Shown piece by piece: positions 11,653 through 21,334 of a stretch of DNA of 64,000 nt (its first letter is position 1; the number at the start of each line of letters is the position of its first letter). This DNA comes from a cyanobacterium endosymbiont of Rhopalodia gibba (GTDB taxonomy: Bacteria; Cyanobacteriota; Cyanobacteriia; Cyanobacteriales; Microcystaceae), in the NCBI GenBank assembly GCA_045159875.1, contig CP067995.1:1920001-1984000 (forward strand). The letters are read 5' to 3'. The notes under the pieces were generated by a model. That model did no database searches. It was not told the origin of the DNA and saw only the letters and a list, made by a program, of their open reading frames with translations. The position numbers were made by a program, and so were the translations under genes.

Positions 11653-12291
11653 TTAAAAAAGGTCATCTATTTGTTTATCATTTTGCTGATATGCCAAGAT
11701 CAATAAAGCATTAATAATAGCGGATGCAACTGCTGATCCTCCTTTACGACCTTCAACTCTAATCTGAGGAATGCTGATTTTAGCCAATATTTTTTTTGAG
11801 TGAACTACAGAAACAAAACCAACAGGGCAACCAATAATCAAGGTTGGTTTAACTTTAGAAGTGACTAATTCTTTACATAAAGCTATTAAAGCAGTGGGGG
11901 CATTTCCAATCACATAAATAGCTTGAGGATATTGGTTAAAACAATTTAATAATCCAGTTTCGGTACGAGTTTTTCCAGGTAGGACATTGCTGACTTGTTC
12001 TATAGCAGCAATAATAGGATTTTGAAACGTTTTACCAACTAAAGTGGAAACTCCATGTTTAACCATCGTAACATCGGTTATAATGGTCTCTCCTTGGGAC
12101 AAAGATTTGATGGCTTGAGTAATCGCATCAGGACTAAATTTAAGTAAATCAATAAAATCAAAATCTGCCGTAGAATGGATAACACGACGAGCGATCGCAT
12201 ACTCAAATTTATTAAGAGTATGGTCTCCAATTTCACGATCAATAATCGCAAAACTTTTTTCAACAATTGGATGATTAAATTGTTGGTTCAT
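11653..12291 (-). CDS. cobH: Precorrin-8X methylmutase
   Basis: RRVIHSTADF, IGNAPTAL, PVGFV and GRKGGSAVA motifs. Confidence 0.95.
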   Translation of the reverse strand: MNQQFNHPIVEKSFAIIDREIGDHTLNKFEYAIARRVIHSTADFDFIDLLKFSPDAITQAIKSLSQGETIITDVTMVKHGVSTLVGKTFQNPIIAAIEQVSNVLPGKTRTETGLLNCFNQYPQAIYVIGNAPTALIALCKELVTSKVKPTLIIGCPVGFVSVVHSKKILAKISIPQIRVEGRKGGSAVASAIINALLILAYQQNDKQIDDLF

Positions 12292-12372
12292 TATTGATGA
12301 AAACCTCCATCGAAGAATAGAGAATAAGAGATTTATTATAAATTATTTGGTAGTTCTATAGAATATTGCTAT

Positions 12373-12663
12373 TATGGATAGATTGATCGGCTACCAGAAA
12401 AGACTCGGTGAATATCTACAAAAGAAAGAAAAATTCGTTTCCCTGATACTGAAAAAAGTTGGTTAGTAACACGGAAATAGTCGTTCCTATTGTTTATGAA
12501 GAAATAGACTTTTTTCGTCTTCTGTTTTTCGGTGTCTTCTACTCTTGATACCTATGTTGCTATACTCAAAACTGAGCAAGTTTCTATTAATACTGTCACA
12601 ATGTAGATAACTCCTCTATCTGCACCCATGGTGCAACGCCTAAAACTAAAATCAACTAGCTGA
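12373..12663 (+). pseudogene. Possible remnant of a small hypothetical gene
   Basis: Higher-GC stretch reading MDRLIGYQKRLGEYLQKK...TYVAILKTEQVSINTVTM*ITPLSAPMVQRLK across frameshifts. Family not recognised. Confidence 0.3.
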
Positions 12664-12679
12664 TGAACAGTAATAGTTT

Positions 12680-13852
12680 TTAACGTTCTTTAAGCCGTAC
12701 CATTGCGTTAAGTCGGTTCATCGCGGTCGATATAATCAAATTAAAAACCAAATAAGTTATCATAACAACCAACAACATTTCTACTGCCCTTCCAGTTTGG
12801 TTGGAAACAGTATTAGCGACAGCATAAAGATCATTGTAACCAATTGCAACCGCTAAACTAGAATTTTTAGCTAAATTGAGAAATTCACTTGTTAATGGCG
12901 GAATCATAACTCGTAATGCTTGGGGGAAAATTACTAAACGCATCATTAAACTTGGGTTAAGCCCTAGTGCTGTAGCTGCTTCCCATTGTCCTTTAGAGAC
13001 TGATTGAATACCGGCTCTAACGATTTCAGCAATAAAGGCCGCCGTATAAATAGTTAATCCCAATAACAATGTAGAAAATTCGGGAGATAAATTTAATCCA
13101 CCTTGAATGAGATTAATGTCACTGTTATATTGAGGCAATTGCCAATCAATGCCAAAGATAAAAGTTAATGAAACAAAGATTAATACCCCCAACAGTAGTC
13201 CTTGATAAGTTCTTTCTTTTTTTGTCAACTGAACTATCATTTGATTCCGTTTACGCCAAACTAATCCAGCTAAAAAACTATTAAAGACAATAAATCCCAG
13301 AGCCAAGAAAGTTTGTAAAGTACCTAAAGGACGAGGAAGATAAATTCCTTGATTAGAGAAGAAAATCAAACCCCAAAAACTACCAGGATCATAAATTTTA
13401 GGGAATTTTAAAAAGACGGCAAAATACCAAAAAAATAATTGTAATAATAAAGGAGTGTTTCGTAAAGTTTCTACGTAAATTGAAGCCATTTTACGGACTA
13501 ACCAATTATCAGAGAGTCTTCCTAGTCCGACAGTAATACCGACAATAAAAGCTAAAACAATTCCACTAATCATTACTCTTAGAGAATTGAGTAATCCTAC
13601 TAAAACTGCCCTACCGTAGGAATCAGTAGAACTATAAGGAATCAAAGAGTCAGAAATACCGAAAGATGCTGTGCGATCAGAATCAATTAAAAAAAACAAT
13701 CCAAAATTCAATCCTAATCGTTTAAAATTGTTAATTAAATTATTACTCAAAGTCAATATAACTAGTCCTAAAATTAGGACAACAAATACCTGAAATAAAA
13801 TTTTCAGGAAACGAGAGTCTTGCCATAGGGGTATTTTTTTTTTGTCAATCAT
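12680..13852 (-). CDS. natG: Polar amino acid ABC transporter permease (NatG/AapQ/BztB-like)
   Basis: YVETLRNTPLLLQL, AFIAEIVRAGIQSVSKGQWEAA (EAA motif), NLAKNSSLA. Confidence 0.85.
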   Translation of the reverse strand: MIDKKKIPLWQDSRFLKILFQVFVVLILGLVILTLSNNLINNFKRLGLNFGLFFLIDSDRTASFGISDSLIPYSSTDSYGRAVLVGLLNSLRVMISGIVLAFIVGITVGLGRLSDNWLVRKMASIYVETLRNTPLLLQLFFWYFAVFLKFPKIYDPGSFWGLIFFSNQGIYLPRPLGTLQTFLALGFIVFNSFLAGLVWRKRNQMIVQLTKKERTYQGLLLGVLIFVSLTFIFGIDWQLPQYNSDINLIQGGLNLSPEFSTLLLGLTIYTAAFIAEIVRAGIQSVSKGQWEAATALGLNPSLMMRLVIFPQALRVMIPPLTSEFLNLAKNSSLAVAIGYNDLYAVANTVSNQTGRAVEMLLVVMITYLVFNLIISTAMNRLNAMVRLKER

Positions 13853-14003
13853 TTTAGTTAGTGATTAGTAATTAATAGTGAATAGTTTTAAAGTTACTAA
13901 TAGCTCTCAAGCATAGTACTTCATATTTAGGAAGTTGACAGTAAAACAGCTTCGACATCAGCTATTAAGTATTGATCCTTAACTATTATATGTACACAAC
14001 ACT

Positions 14004-15092
14004 CTATCGAAACGGTGGAGAATAAAGCAAACCGCCATCAGTCCAAAGCTTATTAAGTCCTCTATCTAATTTCAATGGTTGACCAATGTTGCGTTCATAA
14101 ATTTCGCCATAATTCCCGACATGCTTAATAATACGGAAAGCAAAATTATTAGGTAATCCCATGTCCTCACCTAATTTATTATCCAATCCTAAAAACCTTC
14201 TGATATTAGGATCTTCACTAGATTCAAAAGTTCCTATATTTTCGGACATAATGCCGAATTCCTCTGCTTGCATAGTAGCGAAAGTAATCCACTTCACTGC
14301 ATCAAACCAATCAGAATCTCCATCGGCGACAACTGGACTGAGTGGTTCTTTAGACATAAAGACCCCCAATATAACATGATCATCTTTTTGAGGAAAAACA
14401 GAACGACGGGCTACTAATTGAGACCGATCTGAAGTAACCGCTTCGCAGCGACCTTCTTGATAGGCGGCATAAAGGGCGTCCACATCATCAGAAATAACGG
14501 AATTATAGTTTTCTACTCCCCGTTTACGCATCTGATCAGCTAAATTCTGTTCTGTAGTAGTTCCAGCTAAAACACAAACTGATTTATCTTCCAAATCTTC
14601 TAACTTAGTTGCCCTACTCGTTTTAGTCACCATGATGCCTTGTCCATCATAAAAAACTATAGGGGCAAATGCCACACCTACTGAGGTGTCTCGACTCACT
14701 GTCCAGCTGGTATTGCGATTGAGAACATCCACTTCCCCTGCCTGGACAGCCGTAAAGCGCTCATGTGCGCTAAGCTTACGGTATTCAACTTTGGAAGGAT
14801 CATCAAACAAAGCTGCTGCGATTGCTCTACAGATATCCACATCCAAACCAGAATATTGCCCATTTTCATCGACAAAACTAAACCCTGGCACTTCCCCATT
14901 GATTCCACAAATTAGGTTTCCTCTTTCTTTAACTATTGCTAGACGACTTCCATTAAGGTCTGTTTTTCCTTTTTTTGTAGTGGTTTGAGTAGGCTTTTGA
15001 CTGCCTCCACAAGCAGTTAATGGAACCACTAAACATAGAGTTACCAAAACTAAGGAAAGCCATTTAGCCATAAACCCGGTTTGCTCAGACAT
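14004..15092 (-). CDS. natF: Amino acid ABC transporter substrate-binding lipoprotein (NatF/AapJ/BztA-like)
   Basis: Lipobox LTAC, GLDVDICRAIAAA, GNYGEIYERN, C-terminal GGLLYSPPFR. Confidence 0.87.
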   Translation of the reverse strand: MSEQTGFMAKWLSLVLVTLCLVVPLTACGGSQKPTQTTTKKGKTDLNGSRLAIVKERGNLICGINGEVPGFSFVDENGQYSGLDVDICRAIAAALFDDPSKVEYRKLSAHERFTAVQAGEVDVLNRNTSWTVSRDTSVGVAFAPIVFYDGQGIMVTKTSRATKLEDLEDKSVCVLAGTTTEQNLADQMRKRGVENYNSVISDDVDALYAAYQEGRCEAVTSDRSQLVARRSVFPQKDDHVILGVFMSKEPLSPVVADGDSDWFDAVKWITFATMQAEEFGIMSENIGTFESSEDPNIRRFLGLDNKLGEDMGLPNNFAFRIIKHVGNYGEIYERNIGQPLKLDRGLNKLWTDGGLLYSPPFR

Positions 15093-15199
15093 TTGTTACT
15101 TCTAGGATTGATGTGATGTATCGATACTAAGTTATCCCTTAAAAGGATTTTTAAAACCTTCAGCTTTATACTAAATCAGATTTAGAGTAATTTAACGGT

Positions 15200-15860
15200 C
15201 ATGTCACCGTAAGAATTGTTTTTTGATTCAAGCTACTATTTATGGTGATCTATATTTTGATGATTTTTGACAATCGCCTCAGCAATAGCTGATCCTAAAC
15301 TAGATTCTTCTGAACTTCAATGAATATGAGACCAGTTAAAACGGTATAAACAGTCAAACAGATGAGTTTCAGTGGTTTCTAGAATGCCCTTACCATTATC
15401 TTTAACAGTCAGCTGTAGGTGAACAAGGCGAGCACACTTGATTAGTTGTGCTCTCACCTTTATTAATGCTTTGGTTTTCTTGACGTTGGTCATATCTTTT
15501 CCTTTATCTAGGTTGCGCTAAAAACAAAAGATTATTGACCAGATTCCCTAACTGTTAAGTCAAGTATCCTACTACTTTGAGCTGTTGCAGTTGAAAATCT
15601 GCTTCAGAATAAGCTAAGGACATCTGAACATTAGTTTGAACGATGACGACGGGGCTTCTCAATTTGTTAAACGCATCGGCAGCAGATTAAAATTACTCAG
15701 GATTTTAGACAGGATTCCCACATGGATTTCACAGCCAGCCCAAATAAGAATTTAAGTAAAAGCCCCCACAATGACAATCCATACTCAATTGCCTGACGTA
15801 TGTAATCACCTCAAGCTAGAGATAATTTACCGTTAGATATCTTAAGACATAGCGATTACG
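15200..15860 (-). pseudogene. Sensor histidine kinase pseudogene, ManS/Hik27-like
   Basis: HisKA relic ADAFNKLRSPVVIVQTNVQMSLAYSEADFQLQQLKVVGYLT*QLGNLVNNLLFLA (phospho-His lost) and HATPase relic LQLTVKDNGKGI..HLFDCLYR..SSLGSAIAEAIVKNHQ. Stops and deletions. The ManS assignment is from remembered family similarity. Confidence 0.75.
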
Positions 15861-16196
15861 GTCAATCTTTTGAGTAATTTCTTCTAAGAGATGTGAGCGC
15901 CTCCCATAAGTGTTTCAGGATATTGTCAATCTAGTTTATTTAGATAGATTTTAACGCAGAAAAAAAACCCTGTTACAAACAGTAACAACAGGATAACTGT
16001 TACAAAATTACGACAAAAAAGACTCAATTTCTAACTGTTCAAGGTTTTTAAGACTTCAAATATTCGACATTTTAACAGTTTTAAAACTCATTATCCACTA
16101 ATTTGTCACACTTAGTCTAGAAGAGCCCTAATTGTTTAATTAGGGATGGGGAATTAAAATCTATTATAATCTTTTTTTTAAAATAAAATCGTTTCT

Positions 16197-16664
16197 CTAG
16201 TTTTCTTGCTGTATCTTAACCATGGCGTTTTGGATTTGTTGTTTTAAGGTTTTGTCTCCCTGTGCTTTTTGAGTCATGATATTAAACTTACTCGCGGTTA
16301 ATCCGCGTTCTTCAGCAATAGTTTTAGAACTATTACAAAAATCAACCGCGATTTTTTGCACTTCGCTAGGTAACTTTCTGAAACTCTTAGGGCTATCGCA
16401 AGCAATTTCTGGGGGGAGAGCATCAATAATATCTTCAATTTTTTGGTATGCGATTTGACGTTGAGATTCTATACTTAACACAGTTCTAGCATAATTAATA
16501 ATATCGCTATCGGTTATCTCCGAAATTGACGACGGATTTTGTCGAGAAAAGGTGGGGACAATATTACATCCGTGGAGGATACCGATAAGTGCTAGTAAAC
16601 TAGCCATCAAAGAACGAGTCAATGTTCTGTTCAAATTCAATAAGGAACAGTGAATAAACACCAT
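16197..16664 (-). CDS. DUF4168-like secreted or lipoprotein hypothetical protein
   Basis: Hydrophobic N-terminus, NYARTVLSIESQRQ, C..FCN and GLTASKFN patterns typical of cyanobacterial DUF4168 proteins. Confidence 0.7.
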   Translation of the reverse strand: MVFIHCSLLNLNRTLTRSLMASLLALIGILHGCNIVPTFSRQNPSSISEITDSDIINYARTVLSIESQRQIAYQKIEDIIDALPPEIACDSPKSFRKLPSEVQKIAVDFCNSSKTIAEERGLTASKFNIMTQKAQGDKTLKQQIQNAMVKIQQEN

Positions 16665-16842
16665 GCGCGCTAACCGTCAAGTATATAATACTATTGAAAT
16701 CTCCGCCCGAGTTTCTTCTTTGTTTTGAATTATTTTAAGCATTATAAGTTCCTGTGATCTCCAAAAGAAACTTAGACTACATTGTTCATAATTTCTCCTG
16801 TTTCTAGCCATCTGTGTGATTCTCAATTATTTATTCTTTTCT

Positions 16843-17772
16843 ATGACTTACTTAAATCATCCTGCTTCAATAACTTTTACCAATATTCAAGAGACTTCAT
16901 TTATCCATATTCCTGTTTTATCGCAAGAAGTCATTACCGGATTAAAAATTTGTCCGGGAGGACATTATCTCGACGCAACAGTGGGAAGTGGTGGCCATAG
17001 CTTTTTAATTTTAAATACCTTTAGAGATGTGCAGATAACTGCTATTGATCGCGATCAACAGGCAATTGCGGCAGCTAATGCCAATTTAGAAAAATTTGGT
17101 CGAGAACGGGTTCGGTTGTGGCAAGGAAACTTTGCTGATTATCCAGGAAAAAAAGCAGAGTTTTCGGGCATTATCACCGACTTAGGTGTCAGTTCTCCCC
17201 AACTTGATCTTCCTGAACGGGGGTTTAGTTTTCGTCATGAAGCTTCTTTGGATATGCGGATGGATCAAAATCAATGCTTGACCGCGGCTGAAATTATTAA
17301 TCATTGGAACGAAAAGTCTCTAGCTGAGCTTTTTTTTCATTACGGAGAAGAACGACGATCACGACTGATTGCTAAACGCATCGTACAGCAAAGGCCATTT
17401 CATACCACAACCCAACTAGCCCAAGCCATTGCTCACACAGTTCCTCCTAAATACCGTTATGGACGTATTCATCCTGCTACTCGTGTTTTTCAAGCCTTAC
17501 GAATTGCAGTGAATGAGGAACTTGTGTCTTTAGAAAGATTTTTAGATCGGGTTCCCCAGTGGCTAAAACCTGGAGGAAGAATCGGAATTATTAGTTTTCA
17601 TAGTCTCGAAGATCGTATTGTAAAGCATCGTTTTCGTGACTCTTCAACGCTGACAGTAGTCACTAAAAAACCAATTACTTCTCACCCGAAAGAGAAAGCC
17701 ATAAATCCTCGTTCTCGTTCAGCTAAACTCCGATTTTCTCAACGGATGAAAGATTTAGGAGATAGAGAATAA
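16843..17772 (+). CDS. rsmH: 16S rRNA (C1402-N4)-methyltransferase RsmH
   Basis: [56 protein letters not shown] at 16843 preferred to the ORF-track start at 16816. Confidence 0.96.
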   Translation: MTYLNHPASITFTNIQETSFIHIPVLSQEVITGLKICPGGHYLDATVGSGGHSFLILNTFRDVQITAIDRDQQAIAAANANLEKFGRERVRLWQGNFADYPGKKAEFSGIITDLGVSSPQLDLPERGFSFRHEASLDMRMDQNQCLTAAEIINHWNEKSLAELFFHYGEERRSRLIAKRIVQQRPFHTTTQLAQAIAHTVPPKYRYGRIHPATRVFQALRIAVNEELVSLERFLDRVPQWLKPGGRIGIISFHSLEDRIVKHRFRDSSTLTVVTKKPITSHPKEKAINPRSRSAKLRFSQRMKDLGDRE

Positions 17773-17899
17773 AGATTAAGCTGTTTGTTATCTGAATTTA
17801 TAATGTTGACTGTGAGAGAATTTTGGAGCAGAAAAACGTTAAACGTCTATACTCAAATCTCCAATAAGCGATTCAAACGCATAAAAGCTTAACCATTAA

Positions 17900-19462
17900 C
17901 TACTCATCAAGGGATTTATCTTTAACTCCGCGAACAATACGGGAAAATTCGTTTTTTTCATCAATGGTAATTCGAGTGGGAGAACCACTGATGATGCCTT
18001 CGTAATTACGGAATGAATCCTGAATTCTTGGACCGCCTTGATCAATGGTGTATTCTCGAATCCCTTTATCATGCCAGGACCCTCGCATTTTAAAGACATT
18101 AATTGCTCTGGACATTTCCCCTCGAATTTCCACATATTGCAGCATGAGAATGGTATCAGTAATGGTGGAAATATGAGATTCCGTAATAGAATGAGAGCCC
18201 ATAAATTGATCAGTTGTGTTAGTAAAAAACCCTGTAATTTCTTCTTGTTTTGCGTAACCTGTTACCCCAATTACAAACTGACGAAAGGCATTATTAGTAA
18301 CTCCTCTTGCTAATGCTGAGAGAGAATCAATAGCAATTCGTGACGGTTTAAATTCAGAAATTTCTGATTTAATGATCTGTAAATGATCTTCTAATCCTGT
18401 AGATTCGGGATAGCTACATAATAATTTTAGTAGTCCCTTCCGTTCCATGTCTTCAAAATCAATACCCCAGGAAAAAGCATTTCGAGATAATTGGGCACGA
18501 GACTCTTCATACGCAAATAAAATTGACCTTTCTCCTTGACGACAACCTTCTTCTAAAAACTTACTTACCAGCAAAGTTTTACCAGTTCCTGTTGCTCCAG
18601 TCGCCAGAATAATTGAGTCTTTAAAAAAGCCTCCTCCACACATTTCATCAAGAGTTTTAATCCCAGAAGAAGCTCGAGTATTTGAAGAACGCTGAGTAAG
18701 TCGCATAGCTCCTAACGGAAAAATATTAATTCCATCATCAGTAATAGTGAAAGGATATTCTCCTTTCATATGGGTTGTCCCGCGCAATTTAAGGATTTCA
18801 GCTGTTCTTCGACGACGTTCTCCTTCTAAAACATTTCGTAAAATAACTACATTATCAGAAACGAATTCTTCTACCCCAAAACGAGCGATCTGCCCGTATT
18901 CTTCAACCCGTTCTGTAGTCATAATTGAAGTAACCTCTAGGAGTTTTAACCGTGCTACTAAACGGAAAATCTCTCGACGTACCACGGAGGCTGCATCGTA
19001 TTGTTGAAAAACCGCCGTTACTGAATCAATAGAAACAAGTTTTGCTTTATACTTGTAAATTGCATACTGGATACGTTCAATTAGAGCTGACAAATCAAAA
19101 CTTCCTACCACTTCTTGTCCATCAGGATCAGGGGAAGCATCAAGAATAAATAGTTGACCTTTATCAATAATCTCTTGTAAATCCCAACCAAAACTATAGG
19201 CATTTTGAATAACGTCTGCTGGCGATTCCTCAAAGGTTACAAATAATCCCGGATAATCAAAATATTTAATCCCATGGTAGAGAAATTGAATTGCTAGTAA
19301 CGTTTTACCAGTTCCTGATGTTCCACTCACCAAGGTGGTTCTTCCAAGAGGAAGTCCGCCATGGCTAATTTCATCAAACCCTTCAATCATAGTCCGAATC
19401 TTACGGACTCCTTTGGGAGGTAGTTTTTCTGATGTTTGCCCGTTAGGAAGCGGTTCATTCAT
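17900..19462 (-). CDS. kaiC: Circadian clock protein KaiC
   Basis: Two RecA-like domains (GTSGTGKT, GATGTGKT), EE motifs, HISTITD phosphosites and C-terminal tail intact. Confidence 0.98.
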   Translation of the reverse strand: MNEPLPNGQTSEKLPPKGVRKIRTMIEGFDEISHGGLPLGRTTLVSGTSGTGKTLLAIQFLYHGIKYFDYPGLFVTFEESPADVIQNAYSFGWDLQEIIDKGQLFILDASPDPDGQEVVGSFDLSALIERIQYAIYKYKAKLVSIDSVTAVFQQYDAASVVRREIFRLVARLKLLEVTSIMTTERVEEYGQIARFGVEEFVSDNVVILRNVLEGERRRRTAEILKLRGTTHMKGEYPFTITDDGINIFPLGAMRLTQRSSNTRASSGIKTLDEMCGGGFFKDSIILATGATGTGKTLLVSKFLEEGCRQGERSILFAYEESRAQLSRNAFSWGIDFEDMERKGLLKLLCSYPESTGLEDHLQIIKSEISEFKPSRIAIDSLSALARGVTNNAFRQFVIGVTGYAKQEEITGFFTNTTDQFMGSHSITESHISTITDTILMLQYVEIRGEMSRAINVFKMRGSWHDKGIREYTIDQGGPRIQDSFRNYEGIISGSPTRITIDEKNEFSRIVRGVKDKSLDE

Positions 19463-19574
19463 TGTTGATTTATTAATTCTTCTTATTAAAGATTAACGAC
19501 AATTTAATTTAAGATGTAGAGATATGCAAGTTTGTCTTGAATATATATACTAGCAAACAACGTGGAGATTTCTT

Positions 19575-19889
19575 TTACGAATTATCTTCTTTTTCTTTGA
19601 TTTCTTCATAAAGAAGATCTAAGCCAATAAGAATTTTTTCTCTATCTGAAAGATCGCCTATAATTTTACGAACAGGGGGAGGAAGAATTTTAGCTAAGGT
19701 GGGGGTTGCTGAAATTTTATCTTCCTCAGCTAAGCGAAGGTTTTTTAGCACATCAATAAGTTTGAGAGCATAAACTCCTCTAAATTCATCTTCGAAAATA
19801 TTTTTAAGCATTTTCAAAGCTCTGACAGAGTTGGTGGTATTGCCTGCTACATAAAGCTTAAGAACATAGGTTTTTTAAAAGTTGATCAT
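19575..19889 (-). pseudogene. kaiB: Circadian clock protein KaiB, nonsense mutation at codon 5
   Basis: ATG at 19889 reads [29 protein letters not shown]...; TAA at 19875-19877. The 80-aa ORF in the track lacks the first beta-strand. Confidence 0.88.
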
Positions 19890-20076
19890 CGCCTAAAAAT
19901 TAGTATATTTTGAGATCTTGTTTAAGAATATTTTTTGTATCTTTGTAGCCCAGCTACGATAAGTTCATGATGAACAAAAACTTAAGGTCTTACTTTGCAT
20001 GGCTTCCAAGACCTCAAAGACTTGTTTTTTATAAAAAACAGAGCCTGTATCTTTATACAATACAGTCAGAATAAAA

Positions 20077-20110
20077 GTATGATAAGTTATTAGTTACTAA
20101 CTTATCATAC
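20077..20110. terminator. 13-bp perfect stem with 8-nt loop between kaiA and kaiB
   Basis: GTATGATAAGTTA-ttagttac-TAACTTATCATAC, followed on the minus strand by a short T run. Confidence 0.5.
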
Positions 20111-20190
20111 CTACTCGAGGAGAGCCAACTTTTTTATTTCTTAAAAGGTCTGGGATGGGAACAATGCCTTAATCTGTTTGGTAAAGTCAA

Positions 20191-21075
20191 TCAAACATAA
20201 AGATTTCCCCTGGGAACTGACCGACGATACATTTCTCCCAAATGTGCTAAAACATCAATGATAGTTAAGCGGTAATCTAAAAGAATTTCATCACTGCGGC
20301 CTTCTATCTTAAGCTGCTGAGAAAATTCGTCGATTAACTCCATGTGAATTTCTAAAATTTTAGAAATTGCAATATCGGCAAAAAAAGCTTTATTCACAAA
20401 CTTATCAATAAACTGGTTAATTTCAGTCTCATTACTAAAATAATTAAGAACAATTTTTCGATATTCTTCAGTCAAATGTTTGATAAGTTCTTCTTGCTGT
20501 GTTTGAGAAAGATTTCGAAAAAAATGTTTGGGATTTCTCTTATAAAACACCCCTAAATAGCCCAGTCTTTCCTTAAGTTTTTCCGCCAACCGACGTTGTT
20601 GTAAGAGCAGAAAACTTAACTGTTTATCAGGAACTAAGGCTTCGGGCAAGGAAACTGGACTTTTCACTAAAGAACAACTTGGTCCCAAACGTAAAAACTG
20701 CGCAATGGCTAGCTCAAGAGATTTCTCCATATTATCCAAAGTATTTACTGGCTGTCGTACCTCCGCACTATGATAGAGGCACGTTAGGGTTCCAGTTTTT
20801 TCTGGAATAACGCCTGGATCTAACTCTGGTTCAATAATAACCACCGGAAGTAGGGTTCCTTGTTCGTAAAGTTGATTAAATAAAGGAGAGACTGTAGTTT
20901 TTTGAAAAATAACGAGACAGTCAATTTGTACGTCATGACTGTTTACTAAGTCGAATAACTCCTGAGAAGAGTCAACTAGTTGAATAGAATAGGATTTACT
21001 GCTCAGAATATTCGTCAAATGCTGGGCAATACGGTGATTACTGATATAGAGACAAATTGATAATCTAGATTGCAA
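20191..21075 (-). CDS. kaiA: Circadian clock protein KaiA
   Basis: N-terminal pseudo-receiver, QQRRLAEKLKERLGYLGV, EGRSDEILLDYRLT and AHLGEMYRRS motifs; TTG start. Confidence 0.95.
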   Translation of the reverse strand: MQSRLSICLYISNHRIAQHLTNILSSKSYSIQLVDSSQELFDLVNSHDVQIDCLVIFQKTTVSPLFNQLYEQGTLLPVVIIEPELDPGVIPEKTGTLTCLYHSAEVRQPVNTLDNMEKSLELAIAQFLRLGPSCSLVKSPVSLPEALVPDKQLSFLLLQQRRLAEKLKERLGYLGVFYKRNPKHFFRNLSQTQQEELIKHLTEEYRKIVLNYFSNETEINQFIDKFVNKAFFADIAISKILEIHMELIDEFSQQLKIEGRSDEILLDYRLTIIDVLAHLGEMYRRSVPRGNLYV

Positions 21076-21294
21076 GGTTTTAAGATTAAGAACTAGATCA
21101 CTAGAAAATTAGTAAAGAACAAACTGAATAGTATCAGCAATGCCTTCCCATAAAAGTTAACATAAATACTTTGTAAACACAAATACTTTCAAATTAGATA
21201 ATTCATGGTCTTTGACTAAACTCTCTAAAAAAAAATTAAGCGAGCGCTTACTAGTTGACTAGTATCAATTTTTCGGCGGAGAAATAGATCTGCA

Positions 21295-21334
21295 TTTTTT
21301 AGTAGTAAGCTTATATAAGCTTACTACTAAAAAA
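21295..21334. repeat. Perfect 40-bp palindrome TTTTTTAGTAGTAAGCTTAT|ATAAGCTTACTACTAAAAAA
   Basis: Read directly; lies in the kaiA / histidine kinase divergent spacer. Confidence 0.95.

Noticed and set aside
13854..13895. Degenerate heptamer (STRR-like) run between natG and natF; a similar GAAGT run at about 59546-59586
   Set aside because: Too degenerate to define a unit or copy number; common and uninformative in cyanobacteria.
21173..21186. GTA-N8-TAC NtcA-like box upstream of kaiA
   Set aside because: Only six specified bases in very AT-rich DNA, and no -10 box at the canonical ~22-nt distance; chance match likely.
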